A stretch of DNA of 64,000 nt from an uncultured Gammaproteobacteria bacterium (GTDB taxonomy: Bacteria > Myxococcota_A > UBA9160 > SMWR01): the NCBI GenBank assembly GCA_964196055.1, contig CAXMSF010000251.1:1101-65100 (forward strand), given 5' to 3'. The notes beneath the pieces were generated by a model. That model was not told the origin of the DNA. It was given only the letters and a program-made list of their open reading frames with translations, and ran no database searches. The position numbers and the translations under genes were made by a program. Positions 1-10,414 of the stretch are shown in pieces. How positions within the stretch are numbered: position 1 is the stretch's first letter; every line of letters starts with the position of its first letter.

Positions 1-283
1 AGCCGCAGAAACGGTTCAACGTGACGCCGGTCGAAGTGTCGTACGGCCAGCCCGCGTCGAGAATCGCCATCCGCGCGATGCAGGCTCCCTGTTCGCCGAC
101 TGCCGAAACACAACCCGCTACCACGTCCTCGACGTCGTGCGTGTCGATGCCGGTGCGATCCTTGACCGCGTTCAAGCACTGAGCCAGAAGGCGTTGGGGA
201 TGCACTTTCGAAAGCGCCCCCACCTCGGCCTTGCCCTTGCCACGCGGCGTCCGTACCGCATCGATGATCCACGCTTCGCCCAT
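1..283 (-). CDS. acetyl-CoA acetyltransferase / thiolase, N-terminal part (gene continues beyond window start)
   Basis: Manual minus-strand translation from ATG (283-281): [18 protein letters not shown]...[28 protein letters not shown]. This is a thiolase N-terminus ending at the active-site Cys context. It is absent from the ORF track because no stop lies inside the window. Confidence 0.8.
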   Translation of the reverse strand, partial: MGEAWIIDAVRTPRGKGKAEVGALSKVHPQRLLAQCLNAVKDRTGIDTHDVEDVVAGCVSAVGEQGACIARMAILDAGWPYDTSTGVTLNRFCG

Positions 284-466
284 CGGGAGCTCCCCTTGCT
301 TTCCTTCGATATTCCGCGCCGCCACGGCAACCCCGAGGACTGCGGACCGATTTCTGTGGCCGGCGAGTCTACCAGCCCGATGTTGCGGACGCCCCCTCGG
401 GCGTAACGGTCGAGGCGCCGCCGGTCGCGCGAGTTCGTGTGAGAGAGGCCGGGCGCCGTGCGAATC

Positions 467-1669
467 TCACGAAAGGCTGCGGGTCACGAACCAGAAGAGC
501 CCGAGACCGCAGACGGCCGCCGATCCGACCTCCACGACGAGACGTTCCACGCGAGAATCGAAGCTTCGCGCGACGAAGCGCAATGCCGGCCACGCAACGG
601 CGACCACCGCGAGCTGACCGAGCTCGACTCCGAGGTTGAATCCAAGCAGTGCCGGAACGAGCCGGTCGCTCGGGAGCGCCATCTCGGCGAGCACGCCTGC
701 AAAGCCGAAGCCGTGGATCAATCCGAACGCGAACGCGACCGCGGTGCGTAGCGGAGCCGGCCGTTCCGCAGCGCCCAGCAACGCGAAATGGCAGGCGGTA
801 AAGAGCGCAAGCCCGATGAACACAGTACGCGGAACCGCGCCGAAACCCACGACCGCGAAACCCACCAGCACACTGATCGCGACTCGGGGAATCATCCGTC
901 CGCGCCCCGAGAGGATCCAGGCGTTCTCGACCGCGACGAGTGCGATCGAGAATCCGATCAGGGCTTCGACGACTCGCCCTTCCGGGTGTACCACTCCGAG
1001 TACCGCGAGGCCAAGCGTCACGCTGTGCGCCACCGTGAAACTGGTTACGAGCGCGGCAACCTCGCGTACGCTCGCTGCGAGCAGCAACAGCGCCACGACG
1101 AAGGCCAGATGATCCCAGCCCGACAGGATGTGCTCGACACCCAGCCCGAGGTAACTCCCGAACGAACTACCGACGACGGCCGGGGCGGTGGAAATCGCCG
1201 GGGCCTCGAGCAGCCAGCTCGTCTCAGCCTCGGACAACACGCGCTCGACACCGTGCTCGCCCAAGACTCGAGCGAAGTGCAGATGCGATGGCGCGACATC
1301 GAGCAACAATCGACTGGTGATCAACCGGTCACCGCGCTGCGGACACTCGAGCCGCCAACCGAACACCACCCAACCCGTCTCCGCGGGCAGCGCGACGGGA
1401 CTCCCGTGGATCCCGCACGGTCGATCCCCGGATCGCAGCTCCAGTGCCTGTACCAACAGGCGCCCCACTGCTTCCGACTGCTGCCGCGACGCGGTCGGAT
1501 CGAGCGCGAGACGCGTCAGCTCGAGGCGCGAAATCCGGGCACGAACCTCCGCCCCCGCCTCATCGAACGCCCAGGTCGAATACGAGACACTGCGGCCGTG
1601 CGCCGACACCGATTCGGCGACGAGCAGACACAGCGCAACCGCGACCAATCCGATGCGCTGGGGCCTCAC
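467..1669 (-). CDS. HupE/UreJ-family membrane protein with N-terminal periplasmic domain
   Basis: Signal peptide (LLVAESVSAHG). The C-terminal half has HILSGWDHLAFVVALLLL plus several hydrophobic helices, as in HupE/UreJ-type proteins. Confidence 0.55.
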   Translation of the reverse strand: MRPQRIGLVAVALCLLVAESVSAHGRSVSYSTWAFDEAGAEVRARISRLELTRLALDPTASRQQSEAVGRLLVQALELRSGDRPCGIHGSPVALPAETGWVVFGWRLECPQRGDRLITSRLLLDVAPSHLHFARVLGEHGVERVLSEAETSWLLEAPAISTAPAVVGSSFGSYLGLGVEHILSGWDHLAFVVALLLLAASVREVAALVTSFTVAHSVTLGLAVLGVVHPEGRVVEALIGFSIALVAVENAWILSGRGRMIPRVAISVLVGFAVVGFGAVPRTVFIGLALFTACHFALLGAAERPAPLRTAVAFAFGLIHGFGFAGVLAEMALPSDRLVPALLGFNLGVELGQLAVVAVAWPALRFVARSFDSRVERLVVEVGSAAVCGLGLFWFVTRSLS

Positions 1670-2562
1670 TCGACCTTGTCCGACAACTCGAGCGCAGCGG
1701 CATCGCGGAGGCGATCGAGCAGGCTGCGCACCGCATCGTCGCCAGCCCGACGCTTCATCTCGGCACGCACCTCGTTCGCAATCGTCTCGATCGCCGGAGC
1801 CACCGACAGCTCCCGGTCGACCAGCAGGAAGACTCGGACCGCGCTCTTCGAAACCAGCGGATCGCTCACATCACCGACCCCGAGCCGGTCGATGACGCTC
1901 AGGGCCGAGGGGCCGACGTATTCCCGAAGTTTGGCGGGTGGCAACATTCCGTCCGGCACGGGCGCCACCGGACGATCTCCGACCGCGTTCGCGACGACGT
2001 CGAAAGCCTCCCCCGCACGCAACCGCTCCACCGCGGCCTCCGCCCGAGCGAGCGCCTCGGCGGCCGTTCGGTCGGGTGCCGCGCGAATCCACAGACCGCG
2101 CACCCGCAAGCGACCCGGTGATCGGAAGAAATTCTCGTTCTCGCTATAGAACTCGAGCACTGCGTCGTCTGAAGGCGTGGCGCCGTCGACCGACGCCACC
2201 TGCGACGCGAGCACTGCGGACACGAGATCCGAGCGAACTCGACGATCGCGTTCGGCGAGACCGAGCGCGAGCCCGTATTGCACCAGCAGTTCTTCGTCGA
2301 TCAGCCGATCGAGGATGTGACGACGATCGGCCGAGGTGAGCGCCGACCGACGATCGGATTCCATCGCCGCGACCGCGCGCTCGAACTGACTCTCCCGGAT
2401 CAAGGTGCTGTTGACTCGAGCCAGCGCTCCCTCCGGTAGCGCCGCAGTTCCGCTCGGCGAAAGCAGGCTCGCAACCGCGATCGCGATGCCGACCACCGCT
2501 CCGAGCCCGAGCAATGCGATCGGCCGACGCCCGCCACCTCGTGCGGCCCGTGCGCCGCTCAT
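1666..2562 (-). CDS. membrane-anchored SurA-N/parvulin-like peptidyl-prolyl isomerase
   Basis: N-terminal TM anchor, SurA-like chaperone segment and a C-terminal parvulin-like segment (RLRVRGLWI...GDVSDPLVSKSAVRVFLLV). 4-nt overlap with the downstream gene. Confidence 0.5.
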   Translation of the reverse strand: MSGARAARGGGRRPIALLGLGAVVGIAIAVASLLSPSGTAALPEGALARVNSTLIRESQFERAVAAMESDRRSALTSADRRHILDRLIDEELLVQYGLALGLAERDRRVRSDLVSAVLASQVASVDGATPSDDAVLEFYSENENFFRSPGRLRVRGLWIRAAPDRTAAEALARAEAAVERLRAGEAFDVVANAVGDRPVAPVPDGMLPPAKLREYVGPSALSVIDRLGVGDVSDPLVSKSAVRVFLLVDRELSVAPAIETIANEVRAEMKRRAGDDAVRSLLDRLRDAAALELSDKVE

Positions 2563-2634
2563 CGTTCGGCATCCGTGGCGCCTACCCGATTGCGGCTGAA
2601 TCGATCGATGCGGCGCTGCACTCTCATCCGGGCT

Positions 2635-3015
2635 TCAGGAGTTCGATCGTTCGGACGCAGGCAGCGGCCGTTGCGTGATCAGGAATTCCTCGACCGGCCG
2701 ACCTCCGATGAGGTGTTCCTGGATGATCCGCTCGAGGACCTCGGGCGTGCAGGAGTGATACCAGGTCCCCTCCGGGTATACGACCGCAACCGGCCCCTGC
2801 AGACAGACCCGGAGACAATTCGCCTTGGTTCGGAAGACACCGCCCTCCTTGACGAGATTCAACTCGGTCAGCCGCTCCTTCAGGAAGCGCCATGACTCGA
2901 GACTCACGCCGCGCTCGGAGCACTTCGGGTCGGTCTGATCGGAGCACAGGAAGATGTGGCGCTGGATGCGATCGATCCCGAGCCCCTTCACCGTGCTTTG
3001 CAGTCGATCGATCAT
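2635..3015 (-). CDS. thioredoxin-like [2Fe-2S] ferredoxin family protein
   Basis: [14 protein letters not shown]...[22 protein letters not shown]. The Cys pattern and length are typical of (2Fe-2S) ferredoxin-domain proteins. Confidence 0.6.
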   Translation of the reverse strand: MIDRLQSTVKGLGIDRIQRHIFLCSDQTDPKCSERGVSLESWRFLKERLTELNLVKEGGVFRTKANCLRVCLQGPVAVVYPEGTWYHSCTPEVLERIIQEHLIGGRPVEEFLITQRPLPASERSNS

Positions 3016-4805
3016 CGGCTGCGCACGCTCCCCTGCCCGCCCGAATCTTCCGTCGAGCCCGCGTCCCCCATGAATTCCCCCAGCGAGCCGGGACGCTCCG
3101 CCCTAGTGATTTCCCTCACGGACGAATCTTCCAAGGCATAGATGCGGTCCGCAACCTCGAACAACGCTGGTTGATGCGAAATCGCGAGCACCGTCGTCTT
3201 CCCGCGGAGTTCCCTGACAGCATCCCAGATCACCGCTTCGCTCTTCGGGTCGAGCGCAGCCGTGGCTTCATCGAGGATGAGCAGTCGAGGCTGCTTCAGC
3301 ATCGCACGCGCGATCACGAGGCGCTGCCTCTGACCGCCCGAAAGCGCCATACCGCGCTCGCCGACGACGGTGTCGAGTCCGTCGGGCATCTCCGAGACGA
3401 AGGCCCAGGCGTGCGCATCCTTCAACGCCTGAACGATCTGGTCGCGCGAAATCTCCGGATCGCCGAGGCCGACGTTCATCGCAACCGTATCGTGCAACAA
3501 GAACATCTCTTGCGGGACGTAGCCCACGCATGCCCGCCAGCCCGCGAGATCGATCTCTTCGAGCGAAGTCCCGTCGAGCACGACCTCGCCTGCCTGCGGT
3601 TTCACGAGGCCGACCACCAGGTCGACGATCGAAGTCTTACCCGCCCCGGAGGGGCCCGTGAGCGCGGTAATGCGACCGGCCGGGATTTCGAGCGAGAAAT
3701 CCTCGAACAGCGGAACATCGCCGTACCCGAACGTCACCGCACGCAGCTCGATCGCGCCATCGAGATGTGCCGGCGCAGCACCGTGCCACGACTCCTTCGC
3801 GCGCTCCGCTTCGACGATGGTCTGCATCAGCGCGTGATAAGCGCTCTCTTGGACCGCGACGCGCTGGTAACGGCGCTGCGCACGGTTGAGCGCGTCGAGG
3901 GTGCGCGCAACCGCCAACGTCATCACGCTCATCGACGCAATGTTGAAGCCCAATCGCAACATCGCGAACAGCCCGAGGCACAGCATCCCGACCATGATCG
4001 GTTCCTGCAGTGCCGCGATTGCTTCGCGCGACAGAATCTGCCTGCGCGTCGCCCGCTCCAGCGCCCGCGTGCCGTCCTCGAGTAGTGGGCCGACGCAATC
4101 CTCGCGCGCCATCGCCTTGAGGGGTTTCACGCCCTGGAGGATATCGGTGAGCGAAGCAAGCACGCTCCGGAACAGCTTCGTCTGCTTGACACCGGACTTG
4201 CGGCCGACCCGGACCAGTGGCCCGAGCACGGCTACCACGACGACCCCGACTCCCACCGCGAACAGCGTGGCCTGCCACGAGATCGCGAAGGCGATCCCCA
4301 CGTAGACGACCACCTGAAGCCCGAGCATCACCACCCAGGTGGCGTTCAGATAGCCGCGCGCTGCGCGAGTCGTTTCGGTCGCGTAGGCGTTTGCGAACGA
4401 CCCGACGCGCTGCGCAACCAGGTAACTCCAGCTGGTTGCGAGCAATGAACGAATCAGCCTCAGGCGCAGCTCGCGCGCCACGCGGGCGACCGTGTATCCG
4501 ATCTCCCGCCTGGCGAGCAGGATCAGGACAGCGCGCAGCGCGAATCCCGCGGGCACTACGAGCAGCAGTGTCCCGAGTGTCGGCTCGAGGCCAAGCCACT
4601 GGAGCCCCTCGATCGCGCGCGCTTCGAGCCCGTCCGGCTCTGGCGCGAGTCCGTCCCCGGCCCCGACCGGGCCCGCCAGAGCCGACACCAGCGGCAACAG
4701 GGCTGAAAACGCAACGGCCTCAGCCGCCGCTGCCACCAGCAGGCACGACATCATCAGCAGGCTGTGCCACGGGTGGGCGCGCGTGAAATCGAGCAGCAAC
4801 CTCAT
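3012..4805 (-). CDS. ABC transporter, fused permease/ATPase (MsbA-like exporter)
   Basis: Six-TM N-terminal half; Walker [10 protein letters not shown], signature LSGGQRQRL, Walker B LLILDEAT. Start moved to the internal ATG at 4805 ([13 protein letters not shown]). The 143-aa upstream extension of ORF 3012..5234 is Arg-rich and overlaps the opposite-strand PLD gene region. Confidence 0.85.
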   Translation of the reverse strand: MRLLLDFTRAHPWHSLLMMSCLLVAAAAEAVAFSALLPLVSALAGPVGAGDGLAPEPDGLEARAIEGLQWLGLEPTLGTLLLVVPAGFALRAVLILLARREIGYTVARVARELRLRLIRSLLATSWSYLVAQRVGSFANAYATETTRAARGYLNATWVVMLGLQVVVYVGIAFAISWQATLFAVGVGVVVVAVLGPLVRVGRKSGVKQTKLFRSVLASLTDILQGVKPLKAMAREDCVGPLLEDGTRALERATRRQILSREAIAALQEPIMVGMLCLGLFAMLRLGFNIASMSVMTLAVARTLDALNRAQRRYQRVAVQESAYHALMQTIVEAERAKESWHGAAPAHLDGAIELRAVTFGYGDVPLFEDFSLEIPAGRITALTGPSGAGKTSIVDLVVGLVKPQAGEVVLDGTSLEEIDLAGWRACVGYVPQEMFLLHDTVAMNVGLGDPEISRDQIVQALKDAHAWAFVSEMPDGLDTVVGERGMALSGGQRQRLVIARAMLKQPRLLILDEATAALDPKSEAVIWDAVRELRGKTTVLAISHQPALFEVADRIYALEDSSVREITRAERPGSLGEFMGDAGSTEDSGGQGSVRSR

Positions 4806-5069
4806 GCCGTCCCCGATGAGCGAGTCAGGTCCATTGCGTTGCGGTGCCACTTCCGGTCGCGGTGCTGAAAGGTCCCCGGAACGCGACCGGAGTCGAATTC
4901 CGGTCCGACCAGCCGAATGACGAAAGCACGCAGCATCGATCGAAAGGCCCCCGGCTCCTCGCCCCGTCTGGAGCGACCCGCAGCCGCGATCATAGTCCGC
5001 ATCGCGGGGCAGGCGGAGGGCTTGGCGGGCAGCCTCTCCGGACCGCTCGCGATCCGCTATCGGTATGCG

Positions 5070-6152
5070 ATGAACGCGCAAGACGTCTACTTCGGGGGCC
5101 CCGATCATCCCCCGGGTCGTTTGCGTGACCTGCTCGCGGAACACATCGAAGCCGTCCCAAGCGGTGGCGCGATCGACTGGGTCACCTACTACTTTCGCGA
5201 CCGGCGCCTCGCGGAGGGACTCGCTCGGGCGCACGACCGCGGCGTGCGAGTTCGCGTCACCGTCGAAGGATTGCCGCGTTCGCCGAGTGCGAACGCCTGG
5301 GTGATCGAATTCCTACGAGAGGCCCTCGCGGGAGACCTGCGAGTAGTGCGTGCCATCCATGACAGATGGTTCTGGAACAAGCGGATCCGCCCCAGACTTC
5401 ATGAAAAGCTTTACATATTCTCCGGCCCGGAACCGACGGCATTCATCGGCTCGTTCAATCCCTCCGGCGACGAACCCGAGCTCGAACCGGACACCATCCG
5501 CGAGATCGGCGACCAGGACCGCGGACACAACCTACTGGTGGCGCTGCGCGATCCGGAACTGGTCGCTTCGCTCGTCGAACACGCTCGCGCGCTCCACACG
5601 AAGAGGCACGCGTGGCTCGAACGTTTCCTGCCCAGCGCAAGCCGGGTGCTCCAGAGCGAGGGCCTGAGCGTGCATTTCCTGCCGCGCTGGCGCGCCCATC
5701 CGGTCGACGTTCTGCTCGAGCGATGCGGGGCCGGGCACCGAGTTCGAATCGCGGCTTCGCATCTGAGCGGGAAGTCCTCGACCCAGGCCCTGAAGGCCCT
5801 CGCCCAGCGCGGCGCAAGCATCGAGATCCTCGCCGGGGCCACCGAGCGCCGCGTTCCACCCCGAGTAGAAGAAGAGCTTCGTTCCGCCGGGGTCTCATTC
5901 GAACGGCTGGTTCACTCCGAGGGCTTCCCCATGCACGCGAAGTTCGCCCTGATCGACGGCTGCGACGACCATACCGTCGTATTCGGTAGCTTCAATTGGA
6001 CCCAGCGATCACGCCACCTGAACCGCGAAGTCGTCGCGATCGCGACAGATCCGGAACTCTTCGACGTATTCGCAAAATACTGGGACGCGATTCGGCAGCC
6101 GTCGCTCGTGCCCGCCCGGAACGACGCCGACTCGCTCAGCGCGAAATCGTGA
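5070..6152 (+). CDS. phospholipase D-like (two HKD-type motifs) protein
   Basis: HEKLYIFSG...GSFNPS and HAKFALIDG...GSFNWT, i.e. duplicated HxK(x)4D...GSxN motifs. Start placed at ATG 5070 (MNAQDVYFGG). Confidence 0.7.
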   Translation: MNAQDVYFGGPDHPPGRLRDLLAEHIEAVPSGGAIDWVTYYFRDRRLAEGLARAHDRGVRVRVTVEGLPRSPSANAWVIEFLREALAGDLRVVRAIHDRWFWNKRIRPRLHEKLYIFSGPEPTAFIGSFNPSGDEPELEPDTIREIGDQDRGHNLLVALRDPELVASLVEHARALHTKRHAWLERFLPSASRVLQSEGLSVHFLPRWRAHPVDVLLERCGAGHRVRIAASHLSGKSSTQALKALAQRGASIEILAGATERRVPPRVEEELRSAGVSFERLVHSEGFPMHAKFALIDGCDDHTVVFGSFNWTQRSRHLNREVVAIATDPELFDVFAKYWDAIRQPSLVPARNDADSLSAKS

Positions 6153-7500
6153 ACAGGTGCTCGGACTGCGATTCGACGCGCACGCCTTCGAACCGCCCGA
6201 GCAGACTGCCGAATCGCGCGATCTTCTCCCGGAGTTCGGCTGCGTCCACGCCGGGGAAACGATGCCGGTGGAACTCGAGGTTGGCGCGGTGGCCCACGCG
6301 GTGGCGATTGAAACGCTTCACGGCCGTCCGGCCGGCCAGGTGGACCCGCGCCACGCGGGAACGAAGTAGCTTCGGCGCCGGGCGCGGCCCCGCGTAACCA
6401 GCCGCCTCGAGCACGTCGACCACCCGGTCCGCTGCCAACCGACCATCGAGCGCATCGAGGTGCGCCGCCAGAATCGAGCGCACCTCTGGGTCGTCACGAA
6501 CGCCGAGTTCGCCGCTGAGGATCGATCGCAACGTCTTTTCGGTGTCTTTGATGTCGGCCGCCTGGTGGCTCAGGGAATTCGGCAGCACCATGTCGTAGAC
6601 GGCGTCGCGTACGGGCTGGTAGGCAATCGCGGGGGTGCCGAGGATCATCGCTTCGACGGCCGTGGTGCAGCCGTTGTGGATCAGCGCATCACACGCCATC
6701 AGCCACGGGTAGACGTTGCCCTCGTTCGCGACTTCGACATCGTCGAGTTCCGCCGCAATCGCGCGCCATAGATCGTGACGCTCGGACGGGTGCGGCCGCA
6801 CCACGATCCGGAGGCCCGGGAGCGACCGGCTCAGCTCGGGAATCAACCGCTTGAAGTGCTCGAGCACCCGATTCCGGAAGGCCGCTCGCCCGGCCATGAA
6901 GACGTCCGGCTTCGCAGCACCCCCGGTCACGAGGTTCTTCGTCAGCTCGCTCAGGTTGTCGTGGAAATGGTTCAGGCCCGAGAAATTCGTGTTGATCAGT
7001 ACGAATCGTCCGAAGCGCGCCCGAATCGCCGCAACATCGCGATCGAAGAAAGCGCGGATCTCGGGCCGCATCAGGTCGATGCGTGGGTTGCCGGTGACGT
7101 GGATCGGACAGCCCGGGTAGCCCGCGAAGCCGGCGAACGCGCGAGCGTCATCCTGCCCCCACGCGAACAGGATCTTCACTCGTTCGAGCGCCTTCGCGGA
7201 CAAACGCCGCTGGTAGTAGAACGGGTCGGGAAAGCGGACCAACCCTTCTTCGTCCCAGGCGACGATCTCATGGCCGAGATCCGAGATGATGCCGAACATG
7301 CGATCGCTCGCACGGCGCATACTCTTGGCGACGTAGATGCCCCTCGGGACCGCAGCCATCGCGTGATGGACATAGGCACGCGAACCGAAGACCACTGAAA
7401 AGCCGCGCTCGGCCGCGACCGCCGCAAGCAGCAGCTTCGCGTCCAGCTCCCGGACCTGGCTCTCGACTGGGACGATCAAGCTCGGCTGTTGCGAAGACAT
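6136..7500 (-). CDS. 'surface carbohydrate biosynthesis protein'-type paralog 1 (putative GT-B-like transferase)
   Basis: 454 aa. Shares the N-terminal block SLIVPVESQVRELDAKLLL..GHEIVAWDEEGLV, the central VTGNPRIDLxRPE, RPHPSE, the HNGCTTAVEA block and the C-terminal RFPGV...RF.G..VE...H tail with three other ORFs in this window. Confidence 0.7.
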   Translation of the reverse strand: MSSQQPSLIVPVESQVRELDAKLLLAAVAAERGFSVVFGSRAYVHHAMAAVPRGIYVAKSMRRASDRMFGIISDLGHEIVAWDEEGLVRFPDPFYYQRRLSAKALERVKILFAWGQDDARAFAGFAGYPGCPIHVTGNPRIDLMRPEIRAFFDRDVAAIRARFGRFVLINTNFSGLNHFHDNLSELTKNLVTGGAAKPDVFMAGRAAFRNRVLEHFKRLIPELSRSLPGLRIVVRPHPSERHDLWRAIAAELDDVEVANEGNVYPWLMACDALIHNGCTTAVEAMILGTPAIAYQPVRDAVYDMVLPNSLSHQAADIKDTEKTLRSILSGELGVRDDPEVRSILAAHLDALDGRLAADRVVDVLEAAGYAGPRPAPKLLRSRVARVHLAGRTAVKRFNRHRVGHRANLEFHRHRFPGVDAAELREKIARFGSLLGRFEGVRVESQSEHLFTISR

Positions 7501-7504
7501 GCCG

Positions 7505-7514
7505 CCCCCCCCCC
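7505..7514. repeat. homopolymer C10 (G10 on the coding strand of 6136..7500), 4 nt upstream of its ATG
   Basis: Read directly. The plus strand reads ...gacat|gccg cccccccccc atcagc, so the minus strand reads GGGGGGGGGG-CGGC-ATG. Confidence 0.9.
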
Positions 7515-7688
7515 ATCAGCGGAGATTGGTTCGAAGATCGATATGGCGCATTGGGGAACCCCCTGAGTATACGTCGGAACCGGCGCCGGGGTTCCACCCC
7601 CCTGGGGCAAATTGGCGATTCGGTGGGTGCGCTGATACATCACCGAGAACACATCTCGAGGCGGTGCCTCCTGAAATCGGGAATCTCG

Positions 7689-9116
7689 ATGGCTCGACAA
7701 CCCAGATCGCTGATCGTTCCGGTCGAGAACCAGGTCCGGGAGCTGGATCCCAAATTGCTGGTCGCCTGCGCGGCCGCCGAGCGCGGCTTTCGCGTCTTTC
7801 TCGGCTCGCGCACTCGGATCGACTTCAGAATCGCGTCGTTCCCACGCGGGTTCTACCTGGCGAAAGGCATGACCCCCAAATCGGCGAAGATGTTCCGGAT
7901 CATGCGCCGAATCGGCCACGAGATCGCCGCACTCGACGAGGAGGGACTCGTCTACCACTCGGCTGCGGAATACTGCGCGCGCCGAGTCTCGGACGAAACG
8001 CTGCAGCTCGTCACGATGCTGTTCACCTGGGGCGACGCCGGGGCCAAACTGCTCCGCGACCATCTCGGAGACTCCGCAACCCCGGTACGAGTCACCGGCA
8101 ACCCTCGGATCGACCTGTTGCGGCCCGAGTTGCGCGGCTACTTCGCCGAGGATGCCGCACGAATCCGCGCACGCCACGGACCGTTCCTGCTGATCAACAC
8201 CAACTTCGCCAAGGTGAACGCCTACTTCCCGAAGATGAACCTGCTCGTACCGCCGACCCAGCCCGGTCAGCAGAGCGAACTCGGTGCGGCGGGCATCGGT
8301 CTGCCGCGTGATTTCGCGGAGGGCCTGGCCGCTCACAAGAGCGCGCTGTTCGAACACTTCCGCGCGATGATCCCTGCGCTTCACTCGGCCTTTCCAGGTC
8401 ACCGCCTGATCGTCCGACCGCACCCTTCCGAGAACCGTGCGCCATGGCAGGCGGTCGTCTCGGAGCTCGCGCGGGCCGATGTGATCCACGAGGGAAACGT
8501 GATCGCCTGGCTGGAAGCATCGAGCGCGTTGATCCACAACGGCTGCACGACCGGAATCGAGGCGCTCTGCCTCGGCAAGCCCGCGATCGCGTACCGGCCC
8601 GTGTCATGCGATCCGTTCGACCTGGAGCTACCGAACACGCTCAGTCGGCAATGTTTCGATCTCGACGCGCTGCGCGAGGCCGTCGCGAGCGCGCTCGACG
8701 AGAAGTTCGACGCCCACCCGAACGAAGCTCAGCAACGCCTGGTCGAACACCACATCGCCGCGCGCGACGGCGAGTTGGCAGCCGACCGGATCGTCGACGC
8801 ACTCGTGGAACGCGCGGCCGAAGCCGCGCCACTCCCGTCCGCGCCTCTGCGGCTGCGCGGCCGGCTCGCCGCCACCACGCGCAGCCTCGTGAAGCGCCAC
8901 ATCAAGGCGCGCGTCCCGCAGCACCGCAACAACCCGGCTTACCAACGGAACCGCTACCAGGGTGTATCGGAGCACGAGTTGGAGCAGCGGATCGCGCGCC
9001 TCGGCGCCTGCTTGAATCGCTTCGACGGGCTACGGGTGAGGCCGGTCGCTGAGCACATTCACGAGATCCAGGCAGCCCCCCCCGCAGGGAATCCCCCTGC
9101 TCACGATTCCATATGA
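7689..9116 (+). CDS. 'surface carbohydrate biosynthesis protein'-type paralog 2
   Basis: Start set at ATG 7689 (MARQPRSLIVPVENQVRELDPKLL) by alignment with the other paralog N-termini. Same conserved blocks (VTGNPRIDLLRPE, RPHPSE, HNGCTTGIEA, RYQGVSEHELEQRIARLG). Confidence 0.7.
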   Translation: MARQPRSLIVPVENQVRELDPKLLVACAAAERGFRVFLGSRTRIDFRIASFPRGFYLAKGMTPKSAKMFRIMRRIGHEIAALDEEGLVYHSAAEYCARRVSDETLQLVTMLFTWGDAGAKLLRDHLGDSATPVRVTGNPRIDLLRPELRGYFAEDAARIRARHGPFLLINTNFAKVNAYFPKMNLLVPPTQPGQQSELGAAGIGLPRDFAEGLAAHKSALFEHFRAMIPALHSAFPGHRLIVRPHPSENRAPWQAVVSELARADVIHEGNVIAWLEASSALIHNGCTTGIEALCLGKPAIAYRPVSCDPFDLELPNTLSRQCFDLDALREAVASALDEKFDAHPNEAQQRLVEHHIAARDGELAADRIVDALVERAAEAAPLPSAPLRLRGRLAATTRSLVKRHIKARVPQHRNNPAYQRNRYQGVSEHELEQRIARLGACLNRFDGLRVRPVAEHIHEIQAAPPAGNPPAHDSI

Positions 9117-9290
9117 GCGTTCGAACCCGAAACAGGGGGGCGGCATCGAACCGATCGTTGCGCAGCGGTTCCGAGCGACCTCGGCTATTTTCGCCGCGGC
9201 CGCGCGAGCTGAGGTGATGGGCCTCACGCTTCGGACCCGAATCACGACGTGTCGCTGTGATCATCCACGCGGACCCCGAGGTAATCGGAC

Positions 9291-10388
9291 ATGTACAAGG
9301 TCAAGGTTCTGGGAGCCGGCTCGATCGGCAACCACCTCGCCAATGCCTCGCGCCGATGCGGCTGGCAGGTGGCGATCTGCGATCTCGACCCGGCCGCCCT
9401 CGCCCGCACGCGCAACGAGATCTACCCCAGCCGCTACGGCGCCTGGGACGAAGCCATCGAACTCTACCCGACCGGCGACGCGCCGAAATCGGTCTACGAC
9501 CTGATCGTCATCGGAACCCCGCCGGACGCGCATGTCGATCTGGCCATCGAGGCGATCGCGGAGGGCCCACGCGCCGTACTGGTCGAGAAACCGGTATGCG
9601 GTCCCGACCTCGCGCGGGCCCAGGAGATGTTCGACCTCGCAAAGGAGCGCGGCGTCCAGGTATTCGTCGGCTACGACCACGTCGTCGGAGCCTCCGCAGT
9701 CCACGCTCTCCAGCAGGCCCGCACGCTCGGCCGAATCGAGACTCTCGATGTCGAATTCCGCGAGTACTGGGGCGGGATCTTCGCCGCACACCCGTGGCTC
9801 GACGGCCCCCAGGACAGCTACCTGGGTTTCTGGCAGCGCGGCGGCGGCGCCAGCGGCGAGCATTCCCACGCGATCAATCTGTGGCAGCACTTCGCCCGCG
9901 AACTCGGAGCCGGGCGTGTCATCGAAGTGACCGCGACTCTCGATTACGTCAAGACGGATCTCGTCGACTACGACAGCCTGTGCCTGCTCAACCTGCGCAC
10001 CGAATCCGGCCTGGTCGGGCGTGTCGTACAGGATGTGGTCACACAGCCTCCCCGCAAGTGGGCGCGCATCCAGGCCGAAAACGGCTACGCGGACCTGTCG
10101 ATCGGCTTCGAGCCCGGCATCGACCGGGTCGAGTCCAGACTGGGAGAAGCCGAGGCCGAAGAGCACGTCGTCGAGAAGACGCGACCGGACGACTTCATCG
10201 CTGAACTCGAGCACATCGAAGCCGTGCTCGAGGGGCGCAGCGACTCCGAAGCACTGCACATCGAACGCGGCCTCGACACCATGCTCGTGGTCGCAGCTGC
10301 GCACCGCTCGGCAGCCGAAGGGCGATGCGTCACCATCGACTACAGCGCCGGGTACACGCCCGCAGCGCTCACGACCTCCAGGTCCTGA
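9291..10388 (+). CDS. Gfo/Idh/MocA-family NAD(P)-dependent oxidoreductase
   Basis: Rossmann N-terminus MYKVKVLGAGSIGNHLA, then IGTPPDAHVDLAIEAI...VLVEKP, typical of the family. Confidence 0.7.
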   Translation: MYKVKVLGAGSIGNHLANASRRCGWQVAICDLDPAALARTRNEIYPSRYGAWDEAIELYPTGDAPKSVYDLIVIGTPPDAHVDLAIEAIAEGPRAVLVEKPVCGPDLARAQEMFDLAKERGVQVFVGYDHVVGASAVHALQQARTLGRIETLDVEFREYWGGIFAAHPWLDGPQDSYLGFWQRGGGASGEHSHAINLWQHFARELGAGRVIEVTATLDYVKTDLVDYDSLCLLNLRTESGLVGRVVQDVVTQPPRKWARIQAENGYADLSIGFEPGIDRVESRLGEAEAEEHVVEKTRPDDFIAELEHIEAVLEGRSDSEALHIERGLDTMLVVAAAHRSAAEGRCVTIDYSAGYTPAALTTSRS

Positions 10389-10414
10389 ACCAATACAGCA
10401 AAGGGTGTGAGAAC

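Noticed and set aside
4806-5234. N-terminal extensions of ORF-track entries: the ABC transporter to 5234, fumarase to 33430, BI-1 to 20826, GT92 to 48613, and others
   Set aside because: The extensions are low-complexity and overlap neighbouring genes. Internal starts with SD-like sequences give proteins of the family-typical length.
9076-9083. Other homopolymers (C8 at 9076-9083, G8 at 61564-61571, G6 at 9135-9140) as phase-variation tracts
   Set aside because: The first two lie in frame inside coding sequence (encoding APPA and VGGV). The C8 is only 12 codons from the stop, and the G6 is short and intergenic. There is no evidence of an associated frame problem.
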